Shown here piece after piece: positions 62,374 to 64,000 of a stretch of 64,000 bases of DNA (position 1 is its first letter; the number at the start of each line of letters is the position of its first letter). The position numbers were made by a program, and so were the translations under genes. This DNA is from Basidiobolus meristosporus CBS 931.73 (lineage: Eukaryota; Fungi; Basidiobolomycota). Below the pieces are notes generated by a model, which saw nothing but the letters and a program-made list of their open reading frames with translations, was not told where the DNA came from and searched no databases. Where the stretch lies: positions 1-64,000 of the forward strand of contig MCFE01000230.1 in the NCBI GenBank assembly GCA_002104905.1, in the 5' to 3' direction.

Positions 62374-63562
62374 ATGGCTTCTGCGGACTCCCCAAGTTCC
62401 ATCAACCTCACGTCGGCCTCCACCACACCTTCCTCGACACCGAACTCCTTCTCCCACCTCAGCCTCGAAGGAAGTACGCTCACCTCCACGCATCCGTATC
62501 TGCCGACCTCCAATGCTGCGACCCATCCGACCCCACCCACCTATCCAACCCAAACCTCCCTCCCGATGGCCGCTCTGCAAAACCGCAGCCACTTCGCCTC
62601 CCCTTCGGCCTTCGTTTTGGCGTCCTCCCCGCCCCAAACAACAAACTTACCCAACATGTCGACCACTTCGTTGGCGATGAGCTCCTCCCTCGCCATCAGC
62701 AAATCTCTGATGAGTCTAGATGCCAGGACCATGAGCAGGGAGATGTCCCTATCAGGAGATGCCTACGTACAGGATGACAAATGGCAGACGCTTTGTGTGA
62801 AGGTCCTGCCGCTGTTTAACGGAGAAGGGCTCAAGGGCTACGTAGAGGATCTGAACGAACTGGTCAGGTAAGTGCGACCTGAATTCCCCCCCCCTTCCAC
62901 CTCTGCGAAGCAAGCCATTTACCCAATTTTTTCGCCCCCTACAGAGGCTGTCTGAACGACAAGGCCCTGGCCACTCTGGCTGAAGACATCGAGCACCTAC
63001 TTGGCGACGGCATGCTGACGCTGAACGTGAAACTGATCGGGGTCAACGACGAAAAGTTGGTCAGTCGTCTGGTGGAGCTTTGGTCGTTCTTCTTCGGCAC
63101 CGTGCTTCCTTACTTCGAGAGCGTATTTCTACCACTGCAGACGGAGGTGAAGAAGTACCAACTACCCACGGTCACCGTGAACGTTCGTAACATGGCGCTG
63201 AGCAGCTTCCGGGATCATGTGATCATCCCGATGGTCGACCGGCTGGAAGGTAAAGGCCACCACAGTATGATCGCGGGGGGAAGCCCGAGTTAACCCGATT
63301 GATACGTTCAGGTGTGTTCTCGAAGCTCTTCATCGACAACGAGGAGACGGGGATCCCGCGCACCGACACCGCGGCGCGTATGCTTCAGATGATCTCGGTG
63401 CTGAGCAACCTGCGACCGGACGACGACTTCGAGGAGGACATCAAGCGGGTGCTGGACATGCTGAAAACCAACTACAGAGCGTACATGAGCAAGAGAGACC
63501 ACCGCTGGGGCACCTCGAAAAACATCATTCCCGACAGGAGCGAGGAGAAGGGGGTCCTGTGA
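62374..63562 (+). CDS. HbrB-domain protein (Bit61/PRR5/Protor-like, putative TORC2 subunit), 349 aa, 3 exons
   Basis: Exons 62374-62867, 62945-63249 and 63312-63562 total 1050 nt and splice in frame through GT-AG introns of 77 and 62 nt. Motifs WQTLCVKVLPLFNGEGL...EDLNELV, LVELWSFFFGTVLPYFESVFLPLQ and RNMALSSFRDHVIIP are recalled as HbrB family motifs. S/T/P-rich N-terminus. The start codon is uncertain. Confidence 0.85.
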
Positions 63563-63913
63563 GGAACGGGCACCATGTACAGTAAACGAATCTTAACCAC
63601 CCACTTCAGCGAATCCCCCTAATCAACCCGCCCCTTCCCTATCGTCACGCAAATAAACTCCATGTGTATGCTTGAACCATCGGAACGATCCATGTGCATT
63701 CATCCCCGACTGAGGCTCTGATGATTGATTTCTGATACACTGGTCCGTTTCAGCTGCGATGTTGTTAGGACACCTCGGAATGATTGGAAGCTATATAATG
63801 GATTCATCCGGAGAAACGGAAAGCGTTCCAACCTAAACTCAACTAACCCCTCCCCACACCGGTCTATCTACTTAACCTTAACTCTAACCCCCCCCCCCTT
63901 GGCTTGCAACACG

Positions 63914-64000
63914 ATGAACTGTCTGCCCCCCAGCTTTGCCCGCACGCTGCACTGGCTCCTGTTGCTATGCGCACTGGGGCTCGGGATTCAAGCGGACGGA
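63914..64000 (+). CDS. Probable 5' end of a secreted or membrane protein gene (runs off the window)
   Basis: MNCLPPSFARTLHWLLLLCALGLGIQADG is open to the window end, with a hydrophobic core and a plausible IQA/DG cleavage site. Preceded by a C/T-rich tract. Only 29 codons are visible. Confidence 0.45.
   Translation, partial: MNCLPPSFARTLHWLLLLCALGLGIQADG

Noticed and set aside
62130-62777. Overlapping 130-170 aa ORFs in several frames and on both strands
   Set aside because: Expected shadows of GC-rich coding DNA. Only the 62374 frame splices into a recognisable domain.
63830-63900. CTAACCC/TTAACC telomere-like words
   Set aside because: Only a few scattered copies in a pyrimidine-rich upstream tract, not a tandem array.
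1-64000. tRNA, rRNA, CRISPR or prokaryotic defence systems
   Set aside because: No such signatures were seen. Spliceosomal introns and LTR/CACTA elements indicate a eukaryotic locus.

Overview
Eukaryotic DNA, most likely fungal. About 62 kb (1-61959) is a CpG-depleted nest of decayed transposons: Ty1/copia elements of at least two families (several full length, with target-site duplications, TSDs), Ty3/gypsy fragments, at least three further solo-LTR families, several copies of a CACTA/EnSpm-like (Transposase_21) element with a divergent second ORF, and a PIF/Harbinger-superfamily element (DDE_Tnp_4 transposase, A-N-T target sites) with two 734-bp fold-back MITEs that share its terminal repeat. 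No transposon ORF set is fully intact. At about 61960 the sequence switches abruptly to CpG-rich host DNA holding a 3-exon HbrB/Bit61/PRR5-like gene and probably the start of a secreted-protein gene. Best leads: (1) the Harbinger-like master element, its MITEs and an uncharacterised second gene; (2) two old copia elements in inverted orientation whose identity falls with distance from the symmetry centre, suggesting gene conversion; (3) direct evidence of CpG deamination with a sharp boundary. All mismatch counts and alignments were made by eye, no database search was run, and fragment boundaries without a TSD are approximate.
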